Shown here one piece after another: positions 60,673 through 64,000 of a stretch of DNA of 64,000 bases. Position numbers and translations under genes: made by a program. The number at the start of each line of letters is the position of its first letter. Positions within the stretch are counted from its first letter, which is position 1. The stretch comes from the human T2T-CHM13v2.0 reference genome, Homo sapiens, in the NCBI RefSeq assembly GCF_009914755.1, contig NC_060925.1; one strand, given 5' to 3'. The notes beneath the pieces are model-generated. The model was not told the origin of the DNA. It worked only from the letters and a program-made list of their open reading frames with translations, and did no database searches.

Positions 60673-61017
60673 TATAGTAGACAGAATAATGGCCTCCAAA
60701 GGTATCTACATCTTCATTTCCAGAACAAATGAATATGTCATGGCAAAGGGGAAACTAAGGTTACAGATGGAAATAAGGTATTCTAATTAGCTGAACTCAA
60801 AATAATATTACCCTGAATTATCTGGGGTGGGGGGTCCAATGTAATCACAAGGGTCCTTAAAGAAGGAAGAGTGAGACAAAAGAGTCAGAACCAAAGAGAT
60901 GTCATCATGTTTAGTCCAGTGAGACCCATTTCGGACTCCTGACCTCTAAAACTTTGTGTCATTTTAAGCCACTACATTTGTGGTAATTTATTATGGCAGC
61001 CATAGAAAACTAATACA
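60673..61017 (+). mobile_element. MLT1D/E LTR nested in ERVL
   Basis: cagaataatggcctccaaag...ccaatgtaatcacaagggtcctt...gcagccatagaaaactaataca. Confidence 0.8.
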
Positions 61018-64000
61018 CTAGGTCACTGTGAGTAAAGGCTCTGCTACACTTACAAAAATTTTATACTGCAAGTCTTCCTCCCAACATTTTCCAAGGGGAC
61101 TGTGTCCATTTACCACAATAACTGTGTGCTGGGAAAATGAAACCAGCCAAACTTTCCAGGGTTTCATAGAAACTGAGTCTAAACTGATGCTCATTCCTGG
61201 AGATCCAAATACCACTGTGGTCCAGTAGTCAAAGTAGGGACTTCTGTCTCACTGTAGGCCCATTTGATCTCCAAGCCTATGTATATTTTCCTAGTTCTGG
61301 AATGCATAGTTAGAAAAGGCATACTCAGAATTCCTATGTTAGTTCTTTGATCTGGGAGTGGCAGATACTCTTGCCAGATAGACCTCTCCTTATTAAAATA
61401 GTAAACTAAAAGTAATGCTACATCAAAGACTTGGAATATGGAGGGTTATTGGTCCCTATCACTTTGCCCATTCACCCTATCTGGCCTGTGCAGCAATAAG
61501 ATGAATCTTGAATTACCATAAACTTAATCAGGTGGTGACTTTAGTAGAAGCTATTGACCAGATGTGGCATTTTACTGGAGTAAATCAACACAGTCCCTGA
61601 TATTTTATCTGCAGTGTTGATCTAGTGGATGTTTCTTCTCTATACGTGTTAATAAATACAAGTAGAAAAAAAGTTTCCCTTATATGGCAAGAGCAGCAGT
61701 ACACTTTAACTATGTTGCCTTACTTCAACCTCTGATACAATCCAGTCCTCAGGAACCTTGATTGCCTAGCAATTCCAAAAGATATTATTCTAGCCCATTG
61801 CATTGATGATATCAGGCTGTTTAGGATTAGCGAGCAGATATCAGACTGTTTAGGACTGGTGAGCAGAAAGTAGCAAATATCTTAGTATACCTTAATAAAA
61901 TCCATGACAGGTGTTGAGACCACAAAATTCAGGGCTTGTAGACTCAGTAACATTTCTAGGAGTTCTTTAGTCTGGAATATATTGAGATACTCCCTACAAA
62001 GTAAGGGACAAGTGGTTTTAACCACTAGAAAAAGCCATAACACTTAGGATGCCCATTTGGATCTTGAGGCTATCTATAATTTACTTAGCCATGCTGCTTT
62101 GATTCATTTACTGAGTAACCTTTTCACACTGCTAGTTTTGAGTGGGATACAGAGCAAGAGAAGGCTCTGCAACAGGTACAGTTCAAATCGCTCCACCACT
62201 TGAGCCATATAACTCTACAGATCCAATGGTGGTGAAGTTCCTGTGACAGATCCGAATGTTGTATGAAGTCTTGGCAGCCTCCTAAAGATAAATAACACTG
62301 CCAACCTTTTGAATTTTGTAGTAAAGCTATGTTGTCTTCTGTGTTAAATATTTTCTTTTGAGAAACAGCTTTCGGCTTGCCCACCAACTTACCATGTGAC
62401 CTCAGCCTCAGCCATCCAGATTAATATTCCCCAAGTTCTTTCCATATTTGTGTAAGCTCTGTTTTCTTTATTAAGCCCAATTATACCTGTTAATACTTGC
62501 ATTTGCTCTATTTTCTTGAACAAACCCAGACTGATTCAGTTAGTGACCATCTAGTGTTGGTTTATATTCAGTACCCTTGGCCCCTGTGGTAGTTGTGCCC
62601 AGTAATGTAAAACTGCAAGTGGAAAATGGATACCGTGGAAATTGTTTGGTAAAACCAGAAAATGAGACAGAGCCCCTTTCAAGCAGGTCCTGTGAAGAAG
62701 CCAGCAGGAAAACCAAGGGCAGATTAGGCAGGTAGACCAGAATATAGCAGTGGAGGGTGTTCCATAATTCAGAGTTCATCCTCTGCACACTGATACCACA
62801 CTGCAAACACAAATCATTCTAGGCTTCACCTGCTGTTTGGAATGAATGCAATCCCTAACATTCTTTCCAGGTTTGTCAGGGTAGGTTCACAACCAGAGAA
62901 ATTGAAACTACAGATGAAAGATATCAATGATGTGGGTTCAAAGAAACTGAAAAAGGCATGGCCTGACAATGGGGCTACAAATATACCCAGGGTTATTATA
63001 GATCAGAACTATAGCGCAAAGCTTATCACCCATAATATTAAATTAACATACTGAATTATAATCAGCTAATGCCTTAATGAAATTAGCAATCACTACATTG
63101 CTTTGCTTCACAAACAGAATATATTTCTCATCTCAAATCCATTTCTCAAGTCCACTCTATGCATCCAATTTAGAGTGTAGAGTTTCTCACATAATAGAAT
63201 TTATATTCCTGTCACTATTTATCAAGCAACCCTGAAATTGAAATTATTTATTCAGCAAGACCTTTCTCTCATTCCATTTTATGGGTCTAATAACTTGGTT
63301 TAATTGTCAACTATAAAAGAGATAAGATTAGAGAACTTAGTAATTTGTCCTTTTTATGTTAGAAATATTTCACCATGGCCTAGATCCAAGGAGATGAGTA
63401 ACTAGGGGCACAACAATTTCTTAAAGAAGGAAAAAAAGCAATTGTATAAGCATCTCCGATATTTTGGGTATAAACCCTAAGCCTTTCCAAATCTTTAAAG
63501 CCTTAGGTGAACAGGTTGCATGATTAATATTATAGCTTAGACACATATTGATCCATTTAAATCCTCAGGCTTCAACAAATTTTGTCATACTATTCATACT
63601 GTTAGTAGATTTTGAAATGAGTTGGACTGGATACTGTTCTTGTTCTGGACAATAATCACAAAACCTAAAAGAAGCAATTGGAGTTTATTTCTACTGGACT
63701 GTGCATATACAAGTGTGTTTATCAGCTGAGATTGAGCATTAAAGCACTGCACATGCACGTGTGATAGGCCTGATTACAGCAGAAGCCTCCAAGGCTCCTC
63801 CTACCTTTCTCTGCTTCTGTAGTGCCCTCACCTTGAATAGGATCTGTTGACAAGGCCCCTTCTGGACAGTTGCTGACAGGCACAAGGAGCTTATGGGTTT
63901 TGAATGGAAAGGATTTGCTAAATAAAGCTTCAATCCAAACTTCACCCCTCCCTTCCAGAGGTCAAGGCACTGAAGTTCTTGGTAGCTATGGCAATTACAA

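Larger units (their letters stand above)
58700..62540 (+). mobile_element. Decayed ERVL provirus (HERV16/ERVL-E-like): LTR remnant, gag/pro/pol, LTR remnant
   Basis: ORF 61028-61228 PFTTITVCWENETSQTFQGFIETESKLMLIPGDP resembles ERVL protease (PFTRVTVHW...LLDTGSELTLIPGDP); PIWPVQ ~61476; HCIDDI ~61796 (RT YxDD); LTR16-like ends near 58887 and 62538. Confidence 0.8.

Noticed and set aside
62546-62735. Open plus frame VPLAPVVVVPSNVKLQVENG...
   Set aside because: No start codon, weak splice signals, no recognisable homology
63826-63875. Minus-strand donor AAG|GTGAGG with a possible 41-nt exon
   Set aside because: Acceptor is ambiguous and too near the window edge to assess

Overview
This is primate, almost certainly human, non-coding genomic DNA dominated by transposable elements; I see no recognisable host protein-coding exon, RNA gene or CRISPR array. 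The main feature is a full-length ~6.05 kb L1PA2/L1PA3-type LINE-1 on the + strand (18481-24526) with a perfect 10-bp TSD. Its ORF1 and endonuclease region are broken, but a 982-codon stretch covering the RT and C-terminal domain is open, and the antisense promoter/ORF0 start and first splice donor are kept. A ~9 kb nested block at 47-56 kb (old L1, THE1, MLT2A, L1PB, Alu) appears to have been collapsed by a microhomology deletion. A decayed ERVL provirus lies at 58.7-62.5 kb. The window also has six Alus plus one Alu monomer, many MaLR/ERV1 solo LTRs, DNA transposon relics (MER1B, MER20, MER47, Tigger, Charlie), MIR and L2. Nearly all supplied ORFs are chance or repeat-derived. I found no convincing new biological system. 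The best leads are a possible minus-strand non-coding transcript (TE strand bias, candidate exons, L1 antisense promoter), an RFX-box enhancer candidate and several template-switch palindromes. Subfamily names come from my recall of consensus sequences and need RepeatMasker/Dfam confirmation.
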